From an uncultured delta proteobacterium (lineage in GTDB: Bacteria; Myxococcota_A; Polyangia; Polyangiales; JAFGIB01): 64,000 nt of DNA. Both the position numbers and the translations under genes were made by a program. Position 1 is the first letter of the stretch. The number at the start of each line of letters is the position of its first letter. The stretch covers positions 448,001 to 512,000 of the forward strand of contig CAVZVA010000005.1 of the NCBI GenBank assembly GCA_963778655.1. The letters run 5' to 3'. Below are positions 29,132-38,582 of this stretch, in pieces. Below the pieces are notes generated by a model, which was not told the DNA's origin, searched no databases, and worked only from the letters and a program-made list of their open reading frames with translations.

Positions 29132-31408
29132 TTAGGGGCAGCCCGTGTTGGCGCCGTGGTCGCACAGCACGACGCGCCCGTAGCCGCCGCCCCCGCCGCC
29201 GCCGCCGTACCAGGTGGGTTGAGGCGAGGGTGTGGGATTCGAGGCATCCGAGCCGGGGCTGCCGGGGTCGCTCGAGCCGTTGCCGCCCGTGCCCGTGCCG
29301 CTGCTGGAGGTCGTGCTCCCGCCCTTGCCACCGTTGGCTTGAATGCTCGCCCCGCTGGTCGACAGCACCAGCGCCTCGACTCGGATCGCTCCGCCCGAGC
29401 CGCCGCCCCCGCCGCCGAAGTAGTTGCTCCCGCTGCAGCGCCCGGGTCCTGCGCCGCCGTTGGCGTGCAAGCTACCGGTGAGCGTCAGCGTGCCGCCGAC
29501 CGCCAGCTGAAACGCGCCGCCGCCCGCGCCGCTGCCGCTGCCGGAGCACAGCCCGGCGGTGCCGCCTCGGCAGCCCGCCAGCAGCGGCACCAGCGCGGGG
29601 TTGCCGCGTGCGATGCCGCCGTCGCGCCCGCCGCAGTCGTCGCCGTCGCCGCCGCGTCCGCCCGCGGTGCCGAAGCCGCCGCCGCCTCCGCCGCCGGTCT
29701 CGTCCGACCCGCCGGCGCAGCTGGTGACGTCGCCGCCGTTGCTGGTCCCGCAGCTGGCGTCGTTGCCGCCCGCGCCGGGCGTGGTGCCACTGGCGCTCGC
29801 GTCGATCGTGCCCGAGATGGTGGCGTCGCCGAACACAATCAGCGCCGCCGGCCGCAAGCCCTTGATCGTCAGCTTACCGTTGGAGCGCACGTCGAGCGCC
29901 TGCAGCGCGACGACCGCCAGCTCCGGGCCGCCCGCCTGCGACTGCAGGGTGATCGGAGGCTTGGTGCCGGAGCACCAGGTCGTGAAGCTGGGCGTGCCGC
30001 TGGTGTCGAGCACGGCCGCGCAATCGAACGTGGTCGTGGCGGCCGCGAGCTGCGGCTGCAGCGGCGCGAGGTCGACATTGGCGGGGGCGAAGCCAAGCCC
30101 GCAGCCTGTGGCCGCGACCGCGCCCAGAGGATTGCTCGGGCAGGCGTCGGCGCAGTCGGGGGTGCCGTCGGCATCGCTGTCGGTTTCCAGGTTGCCGCAG
30201 CCGCACGCGCCGGCTGCAACCTTGTCGGGGTCGTTGGGGCAGCCGTCGTGGCAGTCGAGCGTGGAGTCGCTGTCACTGTCGACGTCCGGAACGCCGCAGC
30301 CGCACACACCGGGCGCGAGCTTGTCGGGGTCGTTGGGGCACCCGTCGGAGCAGTCCGGCTCCGCGTCGCTGTCGCTGTCGGTGTCGGTCACGCCGCAGCC
30401 GCACGCGCCGGGTGCAAGCTTGTCGGGGTCGTTGGGACAGGCGTCGTTGCAAGCAGCAAAGCCGTCGCCGTCGGCGTCGTCGTCGGGCACGCCGCAGCCG
30501 CATTGACCCGGGTCCTCCTTGGCAGCGTCGTCCGGACAGCCGTCGGGGTCGACCTCGCACACGAAGGCAGCGACGTTGCCGCAGTCCTGGTCGCTCCAGC
30601 TGCCGTCGCCCGACATCTTGGCGCAATCCTCGTCGGTCGAGGCGGCGTCGGGTTGGCCCGGGGCCCAGCTCGCGTACTGCGAAAGCACGGTCGAGCCGTC
30701 CGTGACGCCCTGCCAGAACGGCACACCGTTGTCCGCCCAGCGCCACAGCCCCTCGAGGCCGCTGTCGCTGGCGCCGATCCAGCTCTCGGCCTGCAGCTGC
30801 GACACGATGAAGTCGGCTTCGGCCTGGTCGTCGATGCGCACCAGGTCGCCCCGTGGCTCGGAGCGGCAGCGCCCGCGCGCCTCCATCCAGGTGAGGTTGT
30901 TGGTGCAGAAGAAATACGCGTTGCCCTGGTACTCTCGCGGCGTGCAGCTCGTCTCCGGCAGACACGGTCCGTCGACGTCGACGTTGCGCTCACAGCCGTT
31001 GTCGGCCAGCCCGTCGCAGTTCGCGTAGTGGTCCTGGCAGCTCAGGATCGTGCAGCTTCCGGCGGCGCAGGTGCTGGTCGCCACCTGCGGCCGTAGCGCG
31101 CACCAGCGGTCGCATGCCGCCACGCACGCCGCGTCCGCCTGATCATCACAGCCGCCGTCGCTGGTCGGGCCGGAATCGGGCCCGACGCGTCCGCCGTCGG
31201 CCGTTGCGTCAGGTCCGCCGCGGATCGTTGCGTCGCCTCCGCCGTCGACCGCCGGGGCCGATCCACCGGACTCGCCTGCGGGTTGGCCGGAATGGCTCTT
31301 CAACAGTGCTGGATCGTAGGCGCTGCAACCGTAGCCGAGCACCAGGGCGAGCCCTGCGGCCACGACACCAAAGCGCTCCGCTGCCGGCCGCCGACGCAAT
31401 CGGATCAT
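29132..31408 (-). CDS. Surface lipoprotein: C-type lectin + TSP3-like Ca-binding repeats + Gly-rich domain
   Basis: Lipobox GYGC. C-type lectin YFFC..TWMEARGRC...WIG...EGLWRW...WAPGQPD...EDC...WSD..C...FVCE. DxCPNDPDK repeats and poly-Gly segments. Confidence 0.85.
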   Translation of the reverse strand: MIRLRRRPAAERFGVVAAGLALVLGYGCSAYDPALLKSHSGQPAGESGGSAPAVDGGGDATIRGGPDATADGGRVGPDSGPTSDGGCDDQADAACVAACDRWCALRPQVATSTCAAGSCTILSCQDHYANCDGLADNGCERNVDVDGPCLPETSCTPREYQGNAYFFCTNNLTWMEARGRCRSEPRGDLVRIDDQAEADFIVSQLQAESWIGASDSGLEGLWRWADNGVPFWQGVTDGSTVLSQYASWAPGQPDAASTDEDCAKMSGDGSWSDQDCGNVAAFVCEVDPDGCPDDAAKEDPGQCGCGVPDDDADGDGFAACNDACPNDPDKLAPGACGCGVTDTDSDSDAEPDCSDGCPNDPDKLAPGVCGCGVPDVDSDSDSTLDCHDGCPNDPDKVAAGACGCGNLETDSDADGTPDCADACPSNPLGAVAATGCGLGFAPANVDLAPLQPQLAAATTTFDCAAVLDTSGTPSFTTWCSGTKPPITLQSQAGGPELAVVALQALDVRSNGKLTIKGLRPAALIVFGDATISGTIDASASGTTPGAGGNDASCGTSNGGDVTSCAGGSDETGGGGGGGFGTAGGRGGDGDDCGGRDGGIARGNPALVPLLAGCRGGTAGLCSGSGSGAGGGAFQLAVGGTLTLTGSLHANGGAGPGRCSGSNYFGGGGGGSGGAIRVEALVLSTSGASIQANGGKGGSTTSSSGTGTGGNGSSDPGSPGSDASNPTPSPQPTWYGGGGGGGGYGRVVLCDHGANTGCP
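30130..30545 (-). repeat. Intragenic 99-bp (33-aa) tandem repeat, about 4.5 copies
   Basis: CTTGTCGGGGTCGTTGGG recurs at 30221, 30320 and 30419. Unit is DxCPNDPDKxAPGxCGCGVxDxDSDxD. Confidence 0.85.
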
Positions 31409-31720
31409 CGAGGACTACCCGCGCTCGGGCGCGAGCTTTCGCGTGAACGACCCCGTGAGACCACTGCTATTAGTCTAGCGCTGCGAGCCAAGCACTGACC
31501 AGCGACGGACCTGCCGTGAGCTGTATGGACAACGGTCGTGCGGGCACGCGAATGTGGCGCATGTGGGGTGCGGTGCGTGTCGCCCGTGCAGGCGCTGCTG
31601 GCACGACCGGCAACGCCTGCTCGCGAGCCGCATACGGCCGCCGGCACCCGGGGTTGCCAAGCGCGTGCAGGCGCGCGACAACGGACGCCCGTTGGGTCTC
31701 GAAAGGTAGGCACGCAGGCG

Positions 31721-32530
31721 ATGCAACTCTCAAAGCAGGAGCTCGACGTTGGACTTGCGACACGCGACGTGAAGGCGGCCGCTGCGTTCTATCGAGACGT
31801 GCTGGGCTTCAAGGAGCAGTCCGGGGTCTCGATGGGCGACGTGGGCACAATGGCGCCGATGCGTGTCGGTGCTCACACCATCAAGCTGTACGACTTCGCC
31901 CGGCCGCCGGAGCAGGTCGAAGGCGGCACGGACAAGGCCAACGGCATGCGCTTGCTGGCGTTCATTCTGGACGACCTCGACGCGGTGCTCGCGCGCTACG
32001 ATGCGGCGGGCCTCCGCTACAGCCGGTTGCCTGTGCCCGAGAGCGCCAAGTTCAAGCTGGCGTTTGCGAGCGACGCCGACGGCAACGCGCTGGAGCTGGT
32101 CGGATTGCGCGCGCCGGCCGGCGACCGGCTCACGACGCGCATGCAGATCGGGCTCACGGTCGCGGACGTCCAGCGCTCGCGGCGCTTCTACGGCGAGCAG
32201 CTCGGCTTGAAGGAAGAACCCGAGATGAAGCTGCCGGCGAGCATGGGCACCGTCGGCAACGTGCGCTACGGCTTCGTCTTGGGCGGCACCACGATCAAGT
32301 TCTGGAGCCGCGGTGAGCTGCCCACCAAGACCGGTGCGCCGCCGCGCTACACCGGCATTCGCCTGATCACCGCGCACGTCCCCGACGCCGACGCGGCCCA
32401 CGCGGAGCTGGTCGACCGCGGGATCACGGTCGCGGTCGCGCCGCACGACTTTCAGGGCCTGGCACGCGTGTTCTTCGTCACCGATCCGGACGGCAACTGG
32501 ATCGAATTCGCGAGCCCGCTGCGCAAGTAG
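31721..32530 (+). CDS. Two-domain VOC/glyoxalase-family protein
   Basis: FYRDVLGF...DADGNALEL and FYGEQLGL...DPDGNWIEF. Confidence 0.9.
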   Translation: MQLSKQELDVGLATRDVKAAAAFYRDVLGFKEQSGVSMGDVGTMAPMRVGAHTIKLYDFARPPEQVEGGTDKANGMRLLAFILDDLDAVLARYDAAGLRYSRLPVPESAKFKLAFASDADGNALELVGLRAPAGDRLTTRMQIGLTVADVQRSRRFYGEQLGLKEEPEMKLPASMGTVGNVRYGFVLGGTTIKFWSRGELPTKTGAPPRYTGIRLITAHVPDADAAHAELVDRGITVAVAPHDFQGLARVFFVTDPDGNWIEFASPLRK

Positions 32531-32576
32531 CGCGCGATCCCGCCGCCGCCGAGGGCCGCCCGCGCGGCGGCGCTCT

Positions 32577-34574
32577 TCACTGCGGGTCGAGCACCAGCAG
32601 CGCGCCGTCCGTGCCCGCGGCGAAGACGCGGCCGGCGTCGTCGCCGAACACACTTTCGAGCGAGCTCTGGGTGCCGGTCGCGAGCTCGTTCCAGCCGCTG
32701 CCGTCGTAGCGCAGCGCGACGCCGCCGCTGCCCACCGCGTAGACCTCGTCCGGCGAGCGGCCCCAGACATCGTCGAGAGAGTAGCTTGCGCCGCGCGACT
32801 GGTCCTCGAAGCGCTTGCCGTCCCAGTGCAGGATGGTGCTTTCGGTGCCGACCACCCATACGTCATCGTCGCCGCTGCCCCAGACCGCGCGCAGATTCTG
32901 GACCACGCCGCCCATCGGCCCGGTCGGCACCTTGGCCCACGCGCTGCCGTCCCAGCGCAGCACGGTGCCGCCTTCGCCCACGGCCCAGAAGCGGTCGTCG
33001 GCGCTGCCCCACACGTCGAGCAGGTTGCTGTGGACGGTGGTCGAGACCGCGATGAAGCCGCCCGCGGCGTTGACCATGGCCAGACCGCCGTGGCCCACGA
33101 TCCACACGCTGTGGCCCGCGCCCCACACGCCACGCAGCCAGGTGTCGCCGGCGGCGGCCACGTCGAGTGTGTTGAACGCGCCGTTTTCGTAGCGCACGAC
33201 GGTGCCGGCGGTGCCCACCGCCCACAGCCCGCTGGCATCGCCCCAGACACCGTACAGCGAGCGATCGGTCGGACGCGGAAGCACGCTCCAGCCCTGCGCG
33301 TCGCGGCGCGCGATCTCATCGCCGACCGCCCACAGGGTCGTCCCGTCGCCCCAGAGCGCGAGGTGGTTGTGGCGCGAGCCCTGCGACATGCTCTGGCGCG
33401 CGTCGCCCGAGAAGCGCGTGATCTGACCCAGCTCGCCCACCGCGATCAGCTCGCCCTGCGCGACGCGCGCCGCGCCGTACAGCGACAGCGGGCTCCCGCT
33501 CGGAAGCTCCGCCCACAGCTCGCCGTTGTAGCGAAACACCTTGCCGCCTTCGCCGAAGGCCCACACCCGCCACGGCCCTTCTGGCGCCGGCGGCAAGCCC
33601 GCGTCCATGCCCGCGTCCGCCGGCATCGGCATGGTCATCGGCGTGCCGGCGTCGGTTGGCGCGGGCGCGGCGATATCGACCCGCACGCTGTGCAGAATGT
33701 CCGTTCCCGCCAGGCCTTTGTTGGCCATCTTCCAGGCCGTGCCGTCCCAGTGGACCGCGGTGCCGGCCTGGCCGACCGCCCACACGTCGTGCTCGGCGAG
33801 CGCGTGCAGCGAGAGCAACGCCCTGCCCGTGGGGCTCCTGTCGGCGCTCCATGCGGTGCCATCGAACGAGAGGATCACGCCGCCGTCGCCCACGGCCCAG
33901 ACACGCTCCGCCGACAGGCCCCACACTGCGTTCAAGACCTGGTCGGTCTGCAATCCGAGCGACTGATTGGTCCACTGCTTGCCATCGTAGTGGATGACCA
34001 CCGCGCTCACGCCCGAGTGGCCCACGGCCCACACCGCGTCGGGCGCGGCGGCGAAGACGCCGTGCAGCACGCCCGTCATGGAACCGCCCGAGGCGTCAAT
34101 CAGGTCGCCGAGGTCCTGCACGCTCCAGCTCTTGCCGTCGTAGTGCAGCACATCGCCGCCGTTGCCCACCGCCCACACATCGTCTGGGCCGCTGCCGTGC
34201 ACCGCCAGCAGGTCCTGATCAGTGCCGGGGTGCTCGGCGCGGAAGCCCGTGCCGTCGTAGTGCAACAGCACGCCGCCGTCGCCCACGGCCCACACGTCGT
34301 CCGGCGCCGCAGCCCACGCCGCGCGCAGCGTCTCGCCCTGAGGGGAGGGCAGCTCCCAGCAAAAGCCATCGGTGCTGCACACGCGCGAAGGGCCGGCGTC
34401 GAGCACGGTCGCGGCGTCCGGCGCGGCCGCCGTGCCGCCGTCTTCGTCGTCGTGCGCCGGCGCGTGGCCAGCGTCGCGCGCGCCACTACCCGCGTCCGCT
34501 GTGGGCTTGCCGGAGCCACCGCCTCCGCATGCGGCCAACGTGCAGACCAGGCACAACCTCGCTGCGAGTCTCAT
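32577..34574 (-). CDS. Lipoprotein with Trp-rich beta-propeller repeats
   Basis: Lipobox LAAC and about 13-14 repeats of LxxVWGxxxDDVWAVGxxGxxLHYDGxxW. Confidence 0.85.
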   Translation of the reverse strand: MRLAARLCLVCTLAACGGGGSGKPTADAGSGARDAGHAPAHDDEDGGTAAAPDAATVLDAGPSRVCSTDGFCWELPSPQGETLRAAWAAAPDDVWAVGDGGVLLHYDGTGFRAEHPGTDQDLLAVHGSGPDDVWAVGNGGDVLHYDGKSWSVQDLGDLIDASGGSMTGVLHGVFAAAPDAVWAVGHSGVSAVVIHYDGKQWTNQSLGLQTDQVLNAVWGLSAERVWAVGDGGVILSFDGTAWSADRSPTGRALLSLHALAEHDVWAVGQAGTAVHWDGTAWKMANKGLAGTDILHSVRVDIAAPAPTDAGTPMTMPMPADAGMDAGLPPAPEGPWRVWAFGEGGKVFRYNGELWAELPSGSPLSLYGAARVAQGELIAVGELGQITRFSGDARQSMSQGSRHNHLALWGDGTTLWAVGDEIARRDAQGWSVLPRPTDRSLYGVWGDASGLWAVGTAGTVVRYENGAFNTLDVAAAGDTWLRGVWGAGHSVWIVGHGGLAMVNAAGGFIAVSTTVHSNLLDVWGSADDRFWAVGEGGTVLRWDGSAWAKVPTGPMGGVVQNLRAVWGSGDDDVWVVGTESTILHWDGKRFEDQSRGASYSLDDVWGRSPDEVYAVGSGGVALRYDGSGWNELATGTQSSLESVFGDDAGRVFAAGTDGALLVLDPQ

Positions 34575-34603
34575 CGCGCCCTCTCTTTTGGTCATGCGCC
34601 GCC

Positions 34604-36409
34604 TCAGCCTGGGCCGGGCACGCAACCCAGGCACTGGATCACGTGACCGCAGCCGTCGGGCCCGTTGTAGGGGCCCGTCATGCACACGTCGCTGCACTTC
34701 AGCGGTGCGCAGCAGGTGCCGTTCGCGTCGCACACCAGTGGGCTGTTGCAGCTGCAGTCGAGCGTGCCGCCGCAGCCGTCGCCGGTGGTGTTGCAGCCCA
34801 CGCCGGGGTCGCTGCAGGTCTTGGGCTTGCAGCACTGGTTGTCGATGCACTTGAGCCCGCTCGGGCAGCTCCCGCAGGCCGCCTCGCCGCCGCAACTGTC
34901 GCTGACGCTGCCGCACTGCTTGTCGCTCGGGCAGGCGCGCGGCGTGCACACGTCGCAGACGTTGGCGGTGATCTGGCCGCACACCTCGCCCGTCGAGCAG
35001 CCGCCGCACTCAATCGACCCGCCGCAGCCATCCGAGATCTGCCCGCACTCCCCGGTGCCGCAGGTCTTGGGTGTGCAGGGGCTGCAGACGTGCGCGGCCT
35101 GACCCGGCACGCTGCAGTACTCGCCCTCCGGGCAGCCGCCACAATCGAGCTGGCCGCCGCAGCCGTCGTCCCCGGTGCCGCACTTCCAGCCCACGTCGTC
35201 ACAGGTCTTGGGCGTGCATGGCGTGCAGACGTTGGCGCTGACCAGGCCGCACACCTGCGGCTCGCCCGAGCTGGCGTCCGGGCAGCTGCCGCACTGGAGC
35301 TTGCCGCCACAGCCGTCCGCGATCTCGCCGCACGCTCCGTCCGGGCAGGTGCGCGGCACGCAACACTTGTGCTGATAGCAGCTTGCGCCCGTCGGATCGC
35401 CGTTGGCGTCGACCGAGGGGCAGGTTCCGCAGTCGAGCGAGCCTCCGCAGCCGTCGTTGCCGCCGCCGCACTCGTAGCTCAGCTCGCCGCAGGTCTTGGG
35501 AACGCAGCTCGTGCACTGGTGCTCGACGCAGATCTCGCCGCGCGCGCAATCGCCGCAGTCGACCACGCCGCCGCTGCACGGGTCGTCGATGATGCCGCAG
35601 TTAGCCATCAGCAGATCGCACGCAGGCGGGGGCGGCGGCATGCGGCAGACGTGATCGAGGCAGACTTTGCCACCCTTGCAGCTGCCGCAGTCGAGCGTGG
35701 CGCCGCAGCCGTCGCTGAGCGTGCCGCACTCGGCGCCCTCGAGCTCGCAGCTGGTCGGAGCGCACGAGGCGCAGGTGTGCTCGAGCGCGTCGCACGCCTC
35801 GCCGTCGCCGCAGCCGTTGCAATCGAGCATGCCGCCGCAACCGTCAGGCAGGCTGCCGCAGGCCATCAATGCCTCGCAGGTTTGCGGTTTGCACGTGCCA
35901 CACTGACCGGAGGCCGCGTCACAGATCTCGCCCGCGCCGCACGCGCCGCACGGTTGGGGCTCGCCGCAGGCGTCGAGCAGCACGCCGCACTTCTGTCCCG
36001 CCGCGTCGCAGGCGTCGCCGGTGTCGCGACAGCGATGGCTGTGGGCGTCGCACAGCTGGCCGCTGTCGCAGCTGCCGCAGCGCAGCATGCCTCCGCAGCC
36101 ATCCGCCACCGCGCCGCAGGCCGCGCGCATTTGCAGGCACGTCATCGGCACGCACGGCGGGTCGCCGCCGGCCGTGCCGGCGCTGCCGCCACCGCCCGGG
36201 CCCGCATCGAGGCCGGCGTCCCGGCCGTGCCCGGTGCTGAGCGGGTCGCTGCTCGCATCACGCGCGTTCGCGCCGCCGCCGTCGCCATCCAGGCCGCCGC
36301 CGCCGGCGTCGCCGGAATGACCAGCGCCGCCATGCATCTTGCCGGAGCACGCGAGCAGCCCGACCACCAGCACCGACAGCCCGATCCCCGGCAACGTCCT
36401 CAGCGCCAT
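34604..36409 (-). CDS. Cys-rich repeat lipoprotein
   Basis: Lipobox LLAC and 12 units of CxPxTC...CG..DGCGGxLxCGxC..G..C. Confidence 0.85.
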   Translation of the reverse strand: MALRTLPGIGLSVLVVGLLACSGKMHGGAGHSGDAGGGGLDGDGGGANARDASSDPLSTGHGRDAGLDAGPGGGGSAGTAGGDPPCVPMTCLQMRAACGAVADGCGGMLRCGSCDSGQLCDAHSHRCRDTGDACDAAGQKCGVLLDACGEPQPCGACGAGEICDAASGQCGTCKPQTCEALMACGSLPDGCGGMLDCNGCGDGEACDALEHTCASCAPTSCELEGAECGTLSDGCGATLDCGSCKGGKVCLDHVCRMPPPPPACDLLMANCGIIDDPCSGGVVDCGDCARGEICVEHQCTSCVPKTCGELSYECGGGNDGCGGSLDCGTCPSVDANGDPTGASCYQHKCCVPRTCPDGACGEIADGCGGKLQCGSCPDASSGEPQVCGLVSANVCTPCTPKTCDDVGWKCGTGDDGCGGQLDCGGCPEGEYCSVPGQAAHVCSPCTPKTCGTGECGQISDGCGGSIECGGCSTGEVCGQITANVCDVCTPRACPSDKQCGSVSDSCGGEAACGSCPSGLKCIDNQCCKPKTCSDPGVGCNTTGDGCGGTLDCSCNSPLVCDANGTCCAPLKCSDVCMTGPYNGPDGCGHVIQCLGCVPGPG

Positions 36410-36537
36410 CACCCAACACCCCAAGCGCATGCTGGATCTGAATTCCAGCAGATCGGAGAAACTACTGTAACACAGTGGTGATATCGGGCTCGTCCGCTGG
36501 GCACTTTTGGTACGCGCATGTGGGCTGCTCTGGTGCG

Positions 36538-38445
36538 TTACCGAGGCGTCACGATGGTGATGCGCTTGAGGTCGAGGCCGCCCGGATACATGTAGCTGGT
36601 GTAGCGGCCGTAGCCGTAGACGAGCAGGCCGAACGGGTTGTCCGCCTTGATGCGGTAGACGCCGCTGCCGTTCGCCGGCAGCCGCGCGCGGATGACCTGC
36701 AGGTCGCTCTGGCCGACGTCGCTCTTGTCGCCGCCGAGCGGCGCGTCGTCGAGCATGACTTGCGTCCCAATCGGCGCCATTACGTTGATGAAGCTCGCAT
36801 CGTAGGTGGGCGACGCGGTGAACGTGTACTCGCTGCGGTACTGCGCGATCGGCACGGCCAGCGACATCGAGGGATCGCCCGCGCCGCTCGGCACCGAGGT
36901 CTGTCCCTGCATGTATTGCGCGATCAGAATCGGCTTGTCCGCGGTTACGCGCACGTCTTGCGGCGCCTCCTCCATGTCGGGCTGCCCGCCCGTTCCCCGG
37001 GTGTAGCTGCCAATCCGCAGCTCCAATGGGTCACCGTCCGGGCCAAGCGTGATCGGGTCGTGCACGGCCGGCTCGAACTTTACCTGAGTGTCGGCCTCGA
37101 CCGCGGCGATGCGCACCACGTAGGGTGACTGGCTTGCCACGGCGGCCGGGTACGAGACCACGTAGTCGGTGCCGAGGATCTGCGTCGGAAACAGCGCTTG
37201 CTCCAGGTGGTCGCAGGCGCCGGTCTTCGGTTCCGGAATGTTCGCGCACGAGTGCCCGCCGATGACCTGCACCGGCTTGTCGGCGCGCACCACGCTGCCG
37301 CTCGCGTCGTCGGTCTGATCGCCGTGGCTCGACAACACCTCGAGCACATCTCCGCGATCGAGCGCGATATCACCCTTGCCGTCGCGGTCCACGCCGCCTC
37401 CGGGCCGGAACTGGCCGTGCCCCTCGAGCGACACGTGGGTGTTGTCGGCGGTGGCCGTGACCGCGTAGAACGACGCGGTATTGCCCTGCGACGGCCAGCT
37501 CATCACCGTGTAGTCGCCGGTCAGCGCCGTGGCGGGCAATAGCAGCGAGGCGTCATTGGAATACGAGAGGCACTCGCTCACGATGCCTCCGGGGCAGTCG
37601 GTGCCGACCGGACAGCCCGCGGGCGTGTCGCCGTTCTGACCGAGCTCGTACTCGAGCGGGCTGAGTTGGTACACCGTGACCGGGCGGTCGCTGCGCAGGC
37701 GATAGGCTCCGCCCTTGACCACGCGGCTGTCGCCCGGCTCCGGCGGGACCTGGCAGGCGTCCTGGTCACCGCCCTTGAGCCCCGCGACCCAGTCGAGCTT
37801 CACGATCTCGAGGCTGTCGACGTCGACCGTCAGCTCCCGCACCATGGCGTCGCCGCGCGTGACGACCACGTGCGCCGGCGCGTCGCTCGCATTCGAGACT
37901 GCGGCCGCGAAGTCGAACCCACTCCAGACCGGGTTCAAGGTGACCGTGGGATAGTAGTCGCAGCCGATGTAGCTGGTGGTGACCTGGGGCGGCGCGCAGG
38001 CGCCCTTGCAGCCATCAGGCTCGCAAGTCATCCCCTGCATGGGGTCGCACTCGAACTGATCGAAGCCGGTGCCGTCCTCGCGGCAGATGCGGCCGGTGCC
38101 ATCCGCGCAGCTCGCCTCGCCGGGCGTGCACACCACGCAGCCCAGCGTCAGCACCTGGCCGGTGGTGCTCAAGCGTGAGCTCAGGCACGTCTGCCCGAGA
38201 CCCGCGCAGTCCGTGGTCTTCTTGAAGCCGCCGTGGCCGTCGCAGACCATCGCGGTCGAGCCATGGCAGACCACGCGGTCCGCGGTGCAGTTGAACCCCG
38301 CGCCGCCGGCTTCGCCTGCGTCGCCGCCGCCCTTGGCGCGGTGGCTGCTGCAAGCGCACACGCCCGCGCTCAGCGCAAACGCGAGCAAGCAAAGCCAAGA
38401 GCGTCGAGCCAACCCCAAGCAGAACACGTGACGCCCAGTATGCAT
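36538..38445 (-). CDS. IgGFc-binding-domain lipoprotein
   Basis: Cys-rich N-terminus, SYIGCDYYP, SDRPVTVYQ, SNDASLLLP, ADKPVQV.GGH.C, CDHLE, GDPSM, YGYGRYTSYMYPGG. Confidence 0.85.
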   Translation of the reverse strand: MHTGRHVFCLGLARRSWLCLLAFALSAGVCACSSHRAKGGGDAGEAGGAGFNCTADRVVCHGSTAMVCDGHGGFKKTTDCAGLGQTCLSSRLSTTGQVLTLGCVVCTPGEASCADGTGRICREDGTGFDQFECDPMQGMTCEPDGCKGACAPPQVTTSYIGCDYYPTVTLNPVWSGFDFAAAVSNASDAPAHVVVTRGDAMVRELTVDVDSLEIVKLDWVAGLKGGDQDACQVPPEPGDSRVVKGGAYRLRSDRPVTVYQLSPLEYELGQNGDTPAGCPVGTDCPGGIVSECLSYSNDASLLLPATALTGDYTVMSWPSQGNTASFYAVTATADNTHVSLEGHGQFRPGGGVDRDGKGDIALDRGDVLEVLSSHGDQTDDASGSVVRADKPVQVIGGHSCANIPEPKTGACDHLEQALFPTQILGTDYVVSYPAAVASQSPYVVRIAAVEADTQVKFEPAVHDPITLGPDGDPLELRIGSYTRGTGGQPDMEEAPQDVRVTADKPILIAQYMQGQTSVPSGAGDPSMSLAVPIAQYRSEYTFTASPTYDASFINVMAPIGTQVMLDDAPLGGDKSDVGQSDLQVIRARLPANGSGVYRIKADNPFGLLVYGYGRYTSYMYPGGLDLKRITIVTPR

Positions 38446-38582
38446 GGCCGCGTTCTCAGCCGCCAAGCCTGCACGTGCATCGAGGTGCGCGTCTCCGCTC
38501 GCCCGCACACATTGTGCTCGTCATCCACCGGCGCGCCCACGAGGGCGCGGCAAGCCGGTCACGGGACGGCGCAGCGCCGGGG

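Noticed and set aside
31409..31720. Long intergenic regions here and at 14594-14854 and 53483-53719 checked for riboswitch, tRNA or ncRNA
   Set aside because: Only generic GC hairpins were seen, with no recognisable conserved RNA motif. An Rfam scan would be needed to exclude one.
34604..36200. Regularly recurring GCCGCCGCAGCCGTC-like DNA repeats resembling an array
   Set aside because: They encode DGCGG protein repeats in frame and are degenerate at third positions. Not CRISPR, and no cas genes are present.
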